A stretch of DNA of 64,000 bases from an uncultured delta proteobacterium (GCA_963713045.1 CAVQKE010000004.1:1120001-1184000), one strand, 5' to 3'. Positions 26,657 through 37,521 are shown, numbered from the stretch's first letter. The notes: generated by a model from the sequence alone, not told the origin. Numbers and translations: made by a program.

Positions 26657-28387
26657 TCACGGCGTGGACCGAGCGACGTAGCGCTGGCCGCACAGCGGCC
26701 CCGACCTAAACTCCGAACCGGCGACACGAAATCCCTCCGGCTCGCTTAAGGCCTCGCAGCCTTCGGTGAGCAACAAGGCCTCGCGCCACTGCGCTCGGGG
26801 GCGAGTCGCACGGACGTCGACGTCGGCTCCGCGCTCTCGCGCCAGGAATGTCACCCACATGGCGCAAGTCTGTCGGTGGACGAGCGACGTTTCATTCAGG
26901 AGAACGCCGTTGGTGAACGGCAGCGCTTCGGCGACGGCGCGGCAAGCGTCGCCCGTTTCGGCGTCAAGAAAGCCCTCTGACAGAGTCTTCGACAGAGGAG
27001 GATTTAGCCAGGACGGTCCGGCCAGAGCAATGAGGGCCGCCGTGGTGCTCAGCGCGAGCAGACTCCGAAAACCAACGTGGCGAATCGCCGGAATCCATGC
27101 CGCGGCGGCCAGCGCGGCAACCGGAACAAGGTTGAGTAGAAAGCGCTGCTGATAGTTGCGTCGGCTAAGGACTAAGAGTGCAACCAATTCAAGCGCGCAC
27201 AAGATTCCAAGGGGTAACATCTGTCGCCGGACAGCACTCGTGCGCCAGGCCGCTATGACGGTCGCCGCGAGGAGCAGTGCAACCACCCAGCGTACGCTCC
27301 CCGGAGACCAGACCTCCCACGCTGCCTGAGGATAGAAAAGGAGCCGACCAACGAGGCCAACTGGGGGCGGAACCATGTCATAGGCGCTGATGCGCTGAAG
27401 CGTGCGCAGTCGCCAGGTAAACGGGATTAGGAGCCACGCCACCATCGGCGTAAGAAGCCACGTCCAAAGGAACCTGACGCCGGCATCGACGTGCTGTGAG
27501 AGCTGAAATCGGTCGCGCCAGAACGAAAGCTGGAGATAGCCGAAGAGGACGAGCGAACCCAAGGCGAAAGGTCCGTCGGCGCTTCGTACGCTAAGCCTGC
27601 GACCCAGCAGCATCACTTCGCCGCCGCCGCTGACCCTTACCCACGCGCACGTCGCACCGAGCGCGGCCGCCGTTACCAAGAGCGTTGCACCCGACCGACT
27701 CTTCGCCCCTCTGCCGAGCGCGGCAATCACCGCGCGGGCGCATTTGGGCAGGTTGCCCCACCCCACCTCCGTCAACAGGACGGCCGCGGCAAATATCAGC
27801 CCATGCTGCCACCGCACGTGGAACAGAAGATTCCCCAGAAGAGCGACCGCCCAAGGCCTGGCAGTCGGACGGTCGCGCGCCGCAAGCCATGCCGTCGCGG
27901 CGGCGAGCGTCAACAGGGCCGAAGGCACCTCGAGCATGCCGTTCGCTGAATGGACGAAAAGGGCGCGCGCACTCATCAGCACCGCGGCTGAAACCCCCAG
28001 GACAAGTAAGGCCTCGGTTGGGGATCGCGCAAGTTGTCGGGCCGCAAATCCGAGCGCCACAAAAAGCAGCGCCGTCAGAGCGATGGACAGGCCGTTCTCA
28101 ACAGAAAGCGCGCGTCCCGGGCCCGCCAGGGCATGCAGCGGCGCAGCCACGGCGAGGCGCAGCGTCGGCCAAGTCTCCGGCCCAGCCACCGCGACGAAAA
28201 AGTCCCAGGGATGGTGCGTTCGGAGGGCGTCGGCCGCACCGACGTCGAGCATGGCGCGGCGAGCTGAGTCCCAGTTGAGGGCGTGTCGATTCGGGACCTG
28301 TTGCAAGGCCGATGTGAGACGCAGCCAGGCGGCAAGTCCCAGAACAGAGCCGGCGATAACCGGCGCAAGGTTTCGAAAAGCCCGCAT
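26657..28387 (-). CDS. Polytopic membrane protein, GT-C (ArnT/PMT-like) glycosyltransferase-like
   Basis: N-terminal TM followed by WDSARR..WPTL, MLEVP, RFLLNLVP. More than 10 TM segments. Confidence 0.6.
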   Translation of the reverse strand: MRAFRNLAPVIAGSVLGLAAWLRLTSALQQVPNRHALNWDSARRAMLDVGAADALRTHHPWDFFVAVAGPETWPTLRLAVAAPLHALAGPGRALSVENGLSIALTALLFVALGFAARQLARSPTEALLVLGVSAAVLMSARALFVHSANGMLEVPSALLTLAAATAWLAARDRPTARPWAVALLGNLLFHVRWQHGLIFAAAVLLTEVGWGNLPKCARAVIAALGRGAKSRSGATLLVTAAALGATCAWVRVSGGGEVMLLGRRLSVRSADGPFALGSLVLFGYLQLSFWRDRFQLSQHVDAGVRFLWTWLLTPMVAWLLIPFTWRLRTLQRISAYDMVPPPVGLVGRLLFYPQAAWEVWSPGSVRWVVALLLAATVIAAWRTSAVRRQMLPLGILCALELVALLVLSRRNYQQRFLLNLVPVAALAAAAWIPAIRHVGFRSLLALSTTAALIALAGPSWLNPPLSKTLSEGFLDAETGDACRAVAEALPFTNGVLLNETSLVHRQTCAMWVTFLARERGADVDVRATRPRAQWREALLLTEGCEALSEPEGFRVAGSEFRSGPLCGQRYVARSTP

Positions 28388-28637
28388 TCCCCGATTGCTC
28401 TCCTTCGGCGCCACGCGATGTGGCGACCCTTTGCTGCTGCGCTCCTAACGTTCCGGGGGGCCTCGCCACAAGACTACGGTGCGCCAGATGGGGCACACGG
28501 CCCGCGCATGGGCATCGTCCTCGAACTTCGAAGTTTGCGGTTGAAGCAGCTTCAGCAAGCACCGCGAGCGGCGAGCGACAACGGAGGTATCGCTCCAGGC
28601 GACCTCACGCGCCCATGCCTCGAGACCGTGGGAGAGT

Positions 28638-28889
28638 TCAGCCGCTGCAGTTGCTCGCGTAGTTGACGCTGGTGCAGGCGCTCTGGGGAGACGTAGTGGG
28701 ATCAACAATGCAGCCGTAGGCGCTTGGATCGCTCTGACCGCAGCACGCCTCAAAGGCGGCCTGACTGGGGCAAGTCCAAGCGGCTTGTGACTGATTGACT
28801 TGAACGCAGCACACGCCAGTCGACGAATTGCTGCACCCGGCATTGAGTGCCGCCACTGCAACAACAAGCACGCCGGCGAAACGCTTCAT
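28638..28889 (-). CDS. Small cysteine-rich lipoprotein
   Basis: RBS GAAGGAGG. MKRFAGVLVVAVAALNAGC leader followed by 8 further Cys in about 64 aa. Confidence 0.7.
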   Translation of the reverse strand: MKRFAGVLVVAVAALNAGCSNSSTGVCCVQVNQSQAAWTCPSQAAFEACCGQSDPSAYGCIVDPTTSPQSACTSVNYASNCSG

Positions 28890-29220
28890 GGCCCACCCTC
28901 CTTCTTCAAGCTTAGCAACTCGCCTCGAACGGCCAACGACGAATTCGGCGCAGCTCCGCAGAAACACCGCCTGCAGCCCGGCGAGCAGCGCGGGCGCCAC
29001 GCTGAAAACTCGCCTCGTGAATGTCCGGAGGTCAACAGCTTCTCTCAGTGACGTCGGCATCCAAGGGCGATCCGCTGTGCCTGAGCTGCATTGGGGGGAG
29101 GAACTGGCGGCGCGTCGTCCCTCGACACCCGTCTTCCCGGACCGCGGAAGAGGCGCCGTCATATGGCAGCTGGCCTCGTGCGACCAAAGCCTAACGGCAA
29201 AGCCGCCATAGGAGGATGCC

Positions 29221-30160
29221 ATGTGGAGACGCTCGACGTTGTTGATGGCTGTGGTTGTCGGGTGTGGTTCGGCCAGCGGGCCCACAGACGCGTGGACGGA
29301 GGCGTTGCCCTCGCGTCAGACGCTGGCCGTCACCGCCCCGTCCGCTGATGCAGGGGCCGCAGCTTCCGGAGGAGCCCCGGACATCCTTGGGCAAACTGCC
29401 GGACTGGCCCTCCTCACATGGCGGACGACGGTGCAAATGAACGACCTGGTGGGCGGCGTCCTGGACACGTTGTCCTCCGTGACACGGAACCAGCCGGCCG
29501 CGGTTGGAACGAATAGCGCCGTGTGGGGGCCCATTCCCGACGAGGTGGGTCCTCTCGTGTGGCGCCTGGTCGTCAACCAGGTAGGCCCTGGCGAGCACAC
29601 CTTTGAGCTTCAAGTGCGTGCCAACACCGGGGACATGGACTTCGTCCCCTTTCTTCAGGGCGCCTCTGGGGGAGCGAGTCCCACCGGGCCGAGCGAAGGC
29701 ACCTTCGCCGTCGACCTCGCCGTGGCTCACCAGCTCGAATCCGGTCGGACACCCGGATGACGGCCAGGTCGCGGCCAGTTGGCACGCAGCTGAGCAACAG
29801 CGTCAAGTGCATGTGCAACTGGCCGGTGTCCATGACGCCTCCCAGCCAGCGGCGAGTGGAGCGTTCGACGCGCTGGTATTCGCCGACGGGTCAGGCGCCC
29901 TCAACTTTGAGGCGAACGCCAACCTCGTGGGAAGTGCACAGACGCTCGAAGTGGGCCGGGTGGCTTCGCAGTGGAATGACGTCGGTGCGGGGCGAGCCGA
30001 TGCGGAGGTCCATGGCGGCGCTGCCAGTGCAGCGGGAGTGCTGTCCGAGTGTTGGATTGAAGGCGGCACGCTCGTTTACTTGAGAGGGTTGGGAGCAGAT
30101 GGAGGAAGCGCCACGGCGGGCGACGCCTCGGCCTGCATTTTCGCCCCACCCGTAGGCTAG
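29221..30160 (+). CDS. Lipoprotein of unknown function; frameshifted near 29738
   Basis: RBS AGGAGG and lipobox VVGC. Removing one A at 29738-29739 gives HQLDPVGHPDDG and joins ORFs 29221-29760 and 29603-30160. Confidence 0.7.
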
Positions 30161-30181
30161 GGTCTTTCATGAGCCCAACCC

Positions 30182-30697
30182 GTGGTGCCAACGGAACTCG
30201 AGCAGCACGTTGCGCAGCTCCACCCGGCAAGTTTCGCCTGGGCGTTGGCGTGCACACGCTGGAATCCGGCCGAAGCCGAGGAAGTTCTCCAGTCAGCCTA
30301 TCTCCGCGTACTCGAGGGTCGCGCACGGTTCGCCGGCCGCTCGTCATTCAGGACGTGGCTCTTCTCCGTTGTCCGCAACGTGGCGATGGACCGACGAAGA
30401 CGCCAGTGGCTGGAAGAGCTCTCACCCTGGAAAACGCCCAACCGCGCGAGGCCAGACTCGGCTCTCACGGGGCCACACGAAGCGCTCGAATCCGCTCAGC
30501 GTGGCGCGCAGGTTCGGCGCGCGCTCTCTACGCTTGGCTCTCGTCAGCGCGAGGTGCTGGAGCTGGTGTTTTTCCACGAAATGACTGTCGAAGAGGCAGC
30601 GACGGTGATGGGAGTTGCACTCGGCACGGCGCGCGCCCATTACCACCGTGGCAAGCTTCATTTGATGGCGCTCCTTGACTCGGAGGACCTGCGATGA
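30182..30697 (+). CDS. ECF RNA polymerase sigma factor
   Basis: AEAEEVLQSAYL, SSFRTWLFSVVRN, RQREVLEL, EEAATVMGVALGTAR. Confidence 0.92.
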   Translation: MVPTELEQHVAQLHPASFAWALACTRWNPAEAEEVLQSAYLRVLEGRARFAGRSSFRTWLFSVVRNVAMDRRRRQWLEELSPWKTPNRARPDSALTGPHEALESAQRGAQVRRALSTLGSRQREVLELVFFHEMTVEEAATVMGVALGTARAHYHRGKLHLMALLDSEDLR

Positions 30698-31068
30698 ATC
30701 CCGATGAGGGCGACCAGCGCATCCGCGCCGCGCTCGCCGAGGCCCACCGGAGCGACGGCGCACGAATGCCGTCCTTTAAGCAGATGTGGACGGCGGCGAA
30801 GCAGACTGCACGGAGTCGTTCCTCCGCACGCGTGTGGCTGCTGACCTCCGCAAGTTTGACCGCAGCGATTGGTCTCGCAGCCTGGCTGATTGCCCAGTTG
30901 GGACCTCCCGCTGCGGAGTTTCCTCGCGGTACCCATTGGACTGGTCCCACCGACTTTCTCCTTCGAACGCCGGGGCTGGTGACACTGCGGACTGTCCCCG
31001 AGTTTGGTTCCACGTCATCCAGTCCGCTGCTTCATCCGCCGGTGGATGCCCGACGAGGTACTCCGTGA
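30694..31068 (+). CDS. Small single-TM protein, putative anti-sigma factor
   Basis: ATGA overlap with the sigma gene. One TM followed by PTDFLL. Confidence 0.6.
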   Translation: MNPDEGDQRIRAALAEAHRSDGARMPSFKQMWTAAKQTARSRSSARVWLLTSASLTAAIGLAAWLIAQLGPPAAEFPRGTHWTGPTDFLLRTPGLVTLRTVPEFGSTSSSPLLHPPVDARRGTP

Positions 31069-31505
31069 CTTTTCCCATTTTCCGAGCCCTTCTCTTCGGC
31101 GCCCTCCTCAGCGTCCCGGCCACCACCTTTGCTGACGAGGCTCCAAAGCCGACGGCGGCCAATCCCATTGGTGGGAAGCTCATCCCTCCCGACCTCATCA
31201 TCAACCACCAGAGCGAGCTGCGCATCGATGAGCGTCAGCGTGATGCCATCCTGAAGGAGATGGAGCGCGCACAGGCGCAATTCCCGCGGCTCCAATGGCA
31301 GCTTCAAGCCGCGACGGAGCAGCTTTCTCAGCTCCTCGACGCAGCCCAGGTGGACGAGGCCAAGGCTCTAGCGCAAGCGTCGGAGGTGATGAAGCTTGAG
31401 ACGGAAATCAAGAAGACGCACCTGGCGCTTCTCATCCGCATCCGAAACGTGCTCACTGACGCCCAGCGGACCAAGGCGCTAGAAATCCGCCGGGCCCTTC
31501 CTTAG
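31065..31505 (+). CDS. Periplasmic Spy/CpxP / heavy-metal-sensor-like helical protein
   Basis: GTGA overlap, signal peptide, all-helical sequence, C-terminal VLTDAQR (LTxxQ motif). Confidence 0.75.
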   Translation: MTFPIFRALLFGALLSVPATTFADEAPKPTAANPIGGKLIPPDLIINHQSELRIDERQRDAILKEMERAQAQFPRLQWQLQAATEQLSQLLDAAQVDEAKALAQASEVMKLETEIKKTHLALLIRIRNVLTDAQRTKALEIRRALP

Positions 31506-31550
31506 CCCAACGCGTGTCAAACGCGCCGCACTTTCTCCACGCGGAGTGAC

Positions 31551-31844
31551 CTAGGGAAGCGACGCAACAAGCTTCCGGAATTCCCCTTCATCAAAGACGC
31601 GCGTCGTCTCGGTGCGGACATTTCCCAGCATCGCAATCGACACCGAGACCTTCGTGGCCGTCTCGTCGTTGGGCGCTTCGCTGATGAGCACCGCGTCGTA
31701 TTTCCCCATAGCGAGATAGAAGCCTTTCACCTCTCCGCCTGCTGCCTTGAGCGCCTTCTTCACCGCCTCGAGACGCGCAGGCGCTTCTTTAATGTTGCGG
31801 ATTCCCTGCTCCGTATAGCGAACCAGCGTCACGTACGTAGCCAT
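31551..31844 (-). CDS. GYD domain protein
   Basis: MATYVTLVRYTEQGIRNIK...MGKYDAVLISEAP...GNVRTET. Confidence 0.85.
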   Translation of the reverse strand: MATYVTLVRYTEQGIRNIKEAPARLEAVKKALKAAGGEVKGFYLAMGKYDAVLISEAPNDETATKVSVSIAMLGNVRTETTRVFDEGEFRKLVASLP

Positions 31845-32073
31845 CGGTTTGAACCTCTTCTTTTCCCCCAACGTCGCTCTCGGTAATTGAGCGGAGTGGG
31901 AAGACAAGCTACGCGCCTTGCGGCCAGCTCTGCAACCCAAAGCCATCGAGTTTGGTGCTTGCGGCTCGCGTCTCGAGCGCCGATGGTGCACGTTCTGCCG
32001 GTCCGAGACGTCGGAGCGCCCGCGCTTGCGGTGGCGGGGTTGGTGTCAAACGGGTCTCCAAGGATTTGACACG

Positions 32074-33945
32074 ATGGCACTGCTTAACTGGCTTCTCGGT
32101 CGACCGCTCTCCTCGGAGGAGGAGGAGCACCACCACATCGGACTCCTGGCGGGAGTCCCGGTGCTCGGGCTCGACGGCCTGTCCTCGGCGGCCTATGGAC
32201 CCGAGGCTCTCCTCACGGTGTTGTTTCCATTGGGCGTTTTGGGCTTGCGCTACGTCGGACCCATCACGGCCCTCATCGTTGGCATCCTGCTGGTCGTTTA
32301 CATTTCCTATCGTCAAACGATCTCCGCTTACCCCGCAGGTGGTGGCTCCTACACGGTGGCGAAAGAAAACCTCGGTCAAGGCGTTGGGCTTCTTGCCGGC
32401 TCCGCGCTCGCCCTGGACTATGTGCTCAACGTCGCCGTGGGAGTCGCCGCCGGAGTGGGTGCGCTTGTCTCCGCCATCCCATCGCTTCTGCCCCACACAC
32501 TGGCGCTGTGCCTCGCCATTCTTACTGCGCTGACGCTCATTAACCTGCGCGGAATCCGCGAGTCGGGGGTTCTCTTTGCATTCCCAACCTATTCGTTCGT
32601 CGTGACGCTTGGGGCGGTGGTGGTGGTAGGCATCATCAAGTCGGCGCTCAACCAGGGGCATCCGCTACCCATCGCAGCTCCTCCAACGCCGGGGCCCCCC
32701 ATTCAAGCTGTGAGTTTATGGCTCCTCACTCGAGCCTTCGCCAGCGGCTGTACGGCGATGACAGGAATCGAAGCAGTGTCAAACGCAGTTCCAATCTTTC
32801 GCAAACCCGCCGTTCAAATGGCGCAGCGAACGCTCAGCGCCATCGTTTTTCTCTTGGCAACGCTCCTCATCGGCATTGCGTATCTCTGCCGGACCTACGG
32901 CATCATTGCCACTCAACCAGGAGAGGCTGGATACCAGAGCATCCTGTCGATGTTGGTGGGTGCCATCGTCGGCCGCGGGGCCTTTTATTACGTGGTGATT
33001 GGTTCCGTTGTGGCTGTCCTCGCCCTTTCCGCGAACACCAGCTTTGCGGACTTCCCCCGCCTCTGCCGCATCCTTGCGATGGACCGATTTCTCCCTGGGT
33101 TTTTCGCAGTTCGCGGGCGGCGACTGGTCTTCACGCCAGGGATTCTTTTGTTGGCAGTGTTGTCCGGGGCTCTCCTCGTCGGATTCGATGGAATTACGGA
33201 CCGACTCATTCCCCTGTTCGCCATTGGCGCCTTCCTCGCCTTCACGCTGTCGCAGGCCGGCATGGTGCAGCACTGGCGAAAAATGGGGGCTCGAAAGAAT
33301 CGCGGCTCACTCGTACTAAGTGCAGTTGGTGCTCTGGGCACCGGCCTTACTTTGGTCGTGGTGACGATTTCAAAATTCACCCAAGGAGCGTGGGTCAGCA
33401 TTGTGGCGGTCCTGGTGCTCGTGACCGTGTTTCTTCGGGTGAAGCGCCACTACGCGTGGGTCGCGTCGCGTATTGAGACCATTGCCCCGTTGGAAATGCC
33501 GCCGGCGCGGCCGCCGATTGCAGTGCTCGCAGCGGGCTCGTGGAACAGAATGACTCAGCTTGGGCTCAAGTTTGCGCTTCGATTAACCGAGGAGGTTTAT
33601 GTCGTCCAGGTGAAGACTGAGACCGGCACCACCGAAGACTTGTCGGACAACTGGGGACTGCTTATTGCTAACCCGGCACACGAAGCTCAAATCCGTCAGC
33701 CGACGTTGGTTATCCTCACTTCGGACTACCGCCAATTTTTCAAGCCCTTCGTCGACTTCGTGGTCCGGCTGTCCAACGACAACTCGGACCGCGACATCGT
33801 CGTTGTCATTCCGGACTTAGTCATGAACCATTGGTACGAGGGACTCCTGCACAATAACCGTGGGGCGTTTCTGCGTTCGCTCTTGCGCACACGCTGCTCA
33901 TCACGAGTTGCGGTGGTCAACACCCCCTTTTACCTGAGGGCGTAA
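32074..33945 (+). CDS. APC family permease (KimA/YdaO-like)
   Basis: LDGLSSAAYGPE, YPAGGGSYTVAKENLG, AMTGIEAVSN, LIPLFAIGAF. Soluble C-terminal domain with LLHN. Confidence 0.9.
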   Translation: MALLNWLLGRPLSSEEEEHHHIGLLAGVPVLGLDGLSSAAYGPEALLTVLFPLGVLGLRYVGPITALIVGILLVVYISYRQTISAYPAGGGSYTVAKENLGQGVGLLAGSALALDYVLNVAVGVAAGVGALVSAIPSLLPHTLALCLAILTALTLINLRGIRESGVLFAFPTYSFVVTLGAVVVVGIIKSALNQGHPLPIAAPPTPGPPIQAVSLWLLTRAFASGCTAMTGIEAVSNAVPIFRKPAVQMAQRTLSAIVFLLATLLIGIAYLCRTYGIIATQPGEAGYQSILSMLVGAIVGRGAFYYVVIGSVVAVLALSANTSFADFPRLCRILAMDRFLPGFFAVRGRRLVFTPGILLLAVLSGALLVGFDGITDRLIPLFAIGAFLAFTLSQAGMVQHWRKMGARKNRGSLVLSAVGALGTGLTLVVVTISKFTQGAWVSIVAVLVLVTVFLRVKRHYAWVASRIETIAPLEMPPARPPIAVLAAGSWNRMTQLGLKFALRLTEEVYVVQVKTETGTTEDLSDNWGLLIANPAHEAQIRQPTLVILTSDYRQFFKPFVDFVVRLSNDNSDRDIVVVIPDLVMNHWYEGLLHNNRGAFLRSLLRTRCSSRVAVVNTPFYLRA

Positions 33946-34257
33946 CCCGTGGAACGCCTCGCCGGCGTCTCTAGAGATGAGATGCGGGAACAATGCTCGA
34001 CCCCCTAGGGGGATGACGTGAAACCTTGGGATGAGTTCAGTGAGTGCGGACAAACGCAACGTCGGCGTCGCCGCAGAGAAGGGCCCGCTCCGCTGCCTGC
34101 TCGCGGCACTCTCGACCTGCGGCACACGCTCTCCATGGCCTTCAGAGGCCAACGCTCATGATTGAAGCCCACGGCTGCCGGCTGTCGCGCGTGGCTCGGC
34201 TCCAATGAGCGGGCGCTCCGCATCCGTCACCGTCGGAAGGAAGCGCAGGACTCTAGC

Positions 34258-34420
34258 GCGTTGAAGCTGTCGGGCGGCCACTTCGTCGCGCACGACCTTC
34301 GCCGTTTTTGGGCGAGCCCCGCCACCAGGCTCGGCGTCGATGCCGTCGTCGCCGACTCGCAACTCCAGCACCAGCTGGGCAAGCGCCGAGGACTCTCCGA
34401 CGTCGCCGCTTCCCGATGGT
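34258..34420 (+). pseudogene. Tyrosine recombinase (integrase) C-terminal remnant
   Basis: HFVAHDLRRFWASPATRLGVDAVVADSQLQH matches HxLRR...LG...LxH of box II. No intact gene around it. Confidence 0.55.
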
Positions 34421-34913
34421 CGCACCGCGAAGAACCTTCCGCGAATCGGGGGACGCAGGAAGCAGTGGTCTATCCCCGGCCACGGTTTTGGACTCTGGTT
34501 TCGCCTGGAGCTTCGGTGCTTGCGACATCTTCGTGGGGTCGTCTCCGGTAGCGAAGGTTCTCCACGGGAGGAGTACCCCATCCACGGACCAAACGTCGCT
34601 ATCCTCCAGGCCCTTCGAGCCTCTGTTCGAGGCGGCCCAATAACGCGGGTCAGGTTTCGAGAAGGAATCTCAGAGCAACTCTGACGCTCAACTGTTGGGA
34701 GAATCCGATTTAAAACCCCGGCCCAGAGTGCGCAGTCATCAGATTCAGCGCCGCGCGGCACTGGCGCGAGCACGTGGACCAAGCTGCACGCGGCTCTCGC
34801 GCGAGTAGTGGTGCTCGACGGCCTTACCTTCCTCAACGCGGGTGCGACAACATGTCGCATGGGCTTCCCGAGGGTTTGGAACGAGAAGAGCCCTCTGGCG
34901 TTGGAGGGACGGG

Positions 34914-35846
34914 ATGCCCAAGCTGCCGCTTCAGGCGAGAGTCATCGCAGGCACACTGTGCTTGGCGCTTCTCCTGACAGGGAGGCCGGCCTGGGCTTGT
35001 GCCTGCGGGTGCGGTGTCTTCGAGGTGGGGTCCATGCAGATGCTACCCATGGACCAAGGGCTGGCCATCTACTTCGAATACGACTTCCTGGACCAGAACC
35101 AGAACTGGTCGAGTACGTCCGCAGCGCCGGCGGCCGACAATCCTGACAAGCAACTCCACACCGACTTTTTCACGCTCGGGGTTCAGTACCTCTTCAACCG
35201 AACCTGGGGAGTGATGGTGCAACTGCCTTACTGGGACCGCCGCTTCGTCACTACCGCCGACGATGGGAGCATCGTCAGCCTGCATTCAGGTTCTATCGGT
35301 GACATTCGACTCGAAGGAATCTATGCCGGCTTCTCTGACGACATGACCACTGGCATCACATTTGGGCTGAAACTTCCGACCGGCCAATGGAAGGCACAGG
35401 GATTCGATCGAGACTCACAAATTGGCAGCGGGAGCGTCGACCTCCTGTTGGGCATTTATCACGTCGGCGCCCTGACGAAGGGCAATCTGCTCAGTTGGTT
35501 TGTCCGCGGAAAGCTCGACGTTCCGTTTGCCTACCAGGGCGGGTACATACCAGGCAACGAGTTTGACGCGTCGCTGGGCGCCTACGTCAACGGCGTAATC
35601 AGCAGCACAGTGAAGATCTCACCGGTTTTCCAAGTGATTGGGTCCTATCGAATGCCTGACTCGGGGCCGGCGGCGGACTCACTGAATAGCGGCTACGTTC
35701 GAGTGCTTCTTTCGCCCGGCGTCGAGGTCAACGTCAGCAACTTTAGCTTCTACACGGACTTCGAATTCCCCGTGTACCAAAACGTGAACGGAAACCAACT
35801 GGTCGCCTCGTTTCTCTTTAAGGCTGTCGTAGCTTACTTCTTCTAG
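34914..35846 (+). CDS. Outer membrane beta-barrel transporter-like protein with N-terminal CACGC motif
   Basis: Signal peptide ending AWA then CACGCG. GSIGDIRL, GLKLPTG and QIGSGSVD motifs. C-terminal Phe. Confidence 0.75.
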   Translation: MPKLPLQARVIAGTLCLALLLTGRPAWACACGCGVFEVGSMQMLPMDQGLAIYFEYDFLDQNQNWSSTSAAPAADNPDKQLHTDFFTLGVQYLFNRTWGVMVQLPYWDRRFVTTADDGSIVSLHSGSIGDIRLEGIYAGFSDDMTTGITFGLKLPTGQWKAQGFDRDSQIGSGSVDLLLGIYHVGALTKGNLLSWFVRGKLDVPFAYQGGYIPGNEFDASLGAYVNGVISSTVKISPVFQVIGSYRMPDSGPAADSLNSGYVRVLLSPGVEVNVSNFSFYTDFEFPVYQNVNGNQLVASFLFKAVVAYFF

Positions 35847-35856
35847 CGGGGCAGAC

Positions 35857-36367
35857 ATGAAGCGCGGGGCTGCGGCATGCATCGGGGTGATACTGGCGAC
35901 GAGCCTGGCCTATGGAGCAGCAGACGTGGGGAGCCCGGCACCGGCCCTCGTGCTCAGAACGCTCGATGGTGCGGTGTTCGACTTGGCGGGTCACCGAGGA
36001 CGGGTCGTCCTCGTTAACTTCTGGACCACTTGGTGCACTCCCTGTCGCCAGGAGATGCCGACGCTCGATGCCGTTTACCGGCGACATCGGGCTGATGGTT
36101 TGGACGTCGTCGGTGTTAGCGCAGACCGGCCTCGGCATCGGGACGACGTGATGCAGGTGATGCGGTCATTCGCCTATCCCGCCGGACTCGTTTCCGACGC
36201 GAATCCGAACGGTTTCGGGAGCCCCGACGCGCTCCCTGTCACTTACGTCATTGACGGAGGAGGCATCGTTCGCGCGCGGCTCTCTTGATCATCCCGCCAG
36301 TGAGGCGGAATTGGAGGCCATCCTTCGCCCGCTCCTGGCGCACCAAGCGCCGACCGCTTCGCCATGA
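35857..36367 (+). CDS. TlpA family thiol-disulfide oxidoreductase; frameshifted near 36283
   Basis: VLVNFWTTWCTPCRQEMP and LPVTYVID. Removing one base at about 36283 extends it to DHPASEAELEAILRPLL with stop at 36365-36367. Confidence 0.85.
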
Positions 36368-37110
36368 ACAAAGCTAACTAGGTGGGGAATACCATCGCCC
36401 CGATGGACGAAGGCACCCGTCAGAGCATTCCTACTGGTGCGCGCGGGCTTGGGCGTGCGGTCAGGGAATGCCGACGAGCTGTGATGGGGTGCGGTCGGGG
36501 GCGCCAGTCGCTTCGGACCAGCAGCTGACAGACCGTTCCACCAGCTGGGACACCACCCCTCCTTTTCCGGCTGGCGGAGGTGCTTGGTCCGAGCCCCATT
36601 GACCCCAGCTTTTATGGTCCCGGGCATCGCTGCTTGAAGCTACGCGATCGGGCGGTCGCTAACTCACCGCCACCGCGTCACCGAGGAAGTACGGGCTTTC
36701 GTCCTCAGGCGGATGGACGTTCTGCGGATAAAACGTCTCGAGTTGTGCCAACGACTCGGCGACAACTGGTTCAGCGTGTGGGGGTGCCTCAGCGGGCTCG
36801 AGCTGGCGTCCGTCGACTTCCTCGACCGAATCTCGCCACGGTGTTTCAGGCTCGCGAGTTCGCTGAGCTCGGGCACGCGACGCTGCCGGCATTTCCCCGG
36901 GGGGCCACCCTGAGGCCGCGCAACCGCCACCTCGGCCCAGATGCGCCAGCGCCCCGGCGCGTCTGTGCACCCGGACCGATCATCGCAACGGTCCCCGCGC
37001 GCACCCTTGGCAAAGGGAGCGCGGTGGCGGTCGTCGGTGTTTCGGCCCCACATGACGCACAGATGTACGCTTGGGGTTGGACAATCTCACATCGCATCTG
37101 GCTCGCCGCT

Positions 37111-37521
37111 ATGTCAGCGTCCGGTCTCCCCTTGGAAACCGCACGCACACAGCTCTTGGTCGTCGACGACCAACAGTTTTTCGCTGGATTCCTCCAGGAG
37201 AAGCTTCAAGAGAGGGGCTACTCGGTGGCAACGGCGAAGGACGCGCCGACGGCACTGGCGCTCGTCCTGCAAGGGAGCGCGCCATTGGTTGTTCTTCTGG
37301 ACCTGATGCTACCGGGGGTGAGCGGGCTCCAGTTCCTTCGCGAGCTATCCAGAACTCCTAGGGCGCCCCTGACTCGCGTGGTTCTCGTCTCCGCCCATCA
37401 CACGGTCGAGGCCGCCGCAGCAGCTCATCCACTGGTCATCGGACGAATGCAAAAGCCGGTGGACCTGGGGGAGCTAGCCCGACTGGTGGGCAGAGCAGTT
37501 GCCGACCTCCGCGAGCGCTAA
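37111..37521 (+). CDS. Single-domain response regulator (receiver)
   Basis: LLVVDD, LLDLMLPGVSG, LVSA, QKPVD. Confidence 0.88.
   Translation: MSASGLPLETARTQLLVVDDQQFFAGFLQEKLQERGYSVATAKDAPTALALVLQGSAPLVVLLDLMLPGVSGLQFLRELSRTPRAPLTRVVLVSAHHTVEAAAAAHPLVIGRMQKPVDLGELARLVGRAVADLRER

Noticed and set aside
31845..32073. c-di-AMP (ydaO) riboswitch upstream of the KimA-like permease
   Set aside because: No recognisable conserved riboswitch sequence by eye. An Rfam/Infernal scan would be needed.
34001..34012. Perfect palindrome CCCCCTAGGGGG
   Set aside because: Single short occurrence with no U-tract or second copy, so no function can be supported.
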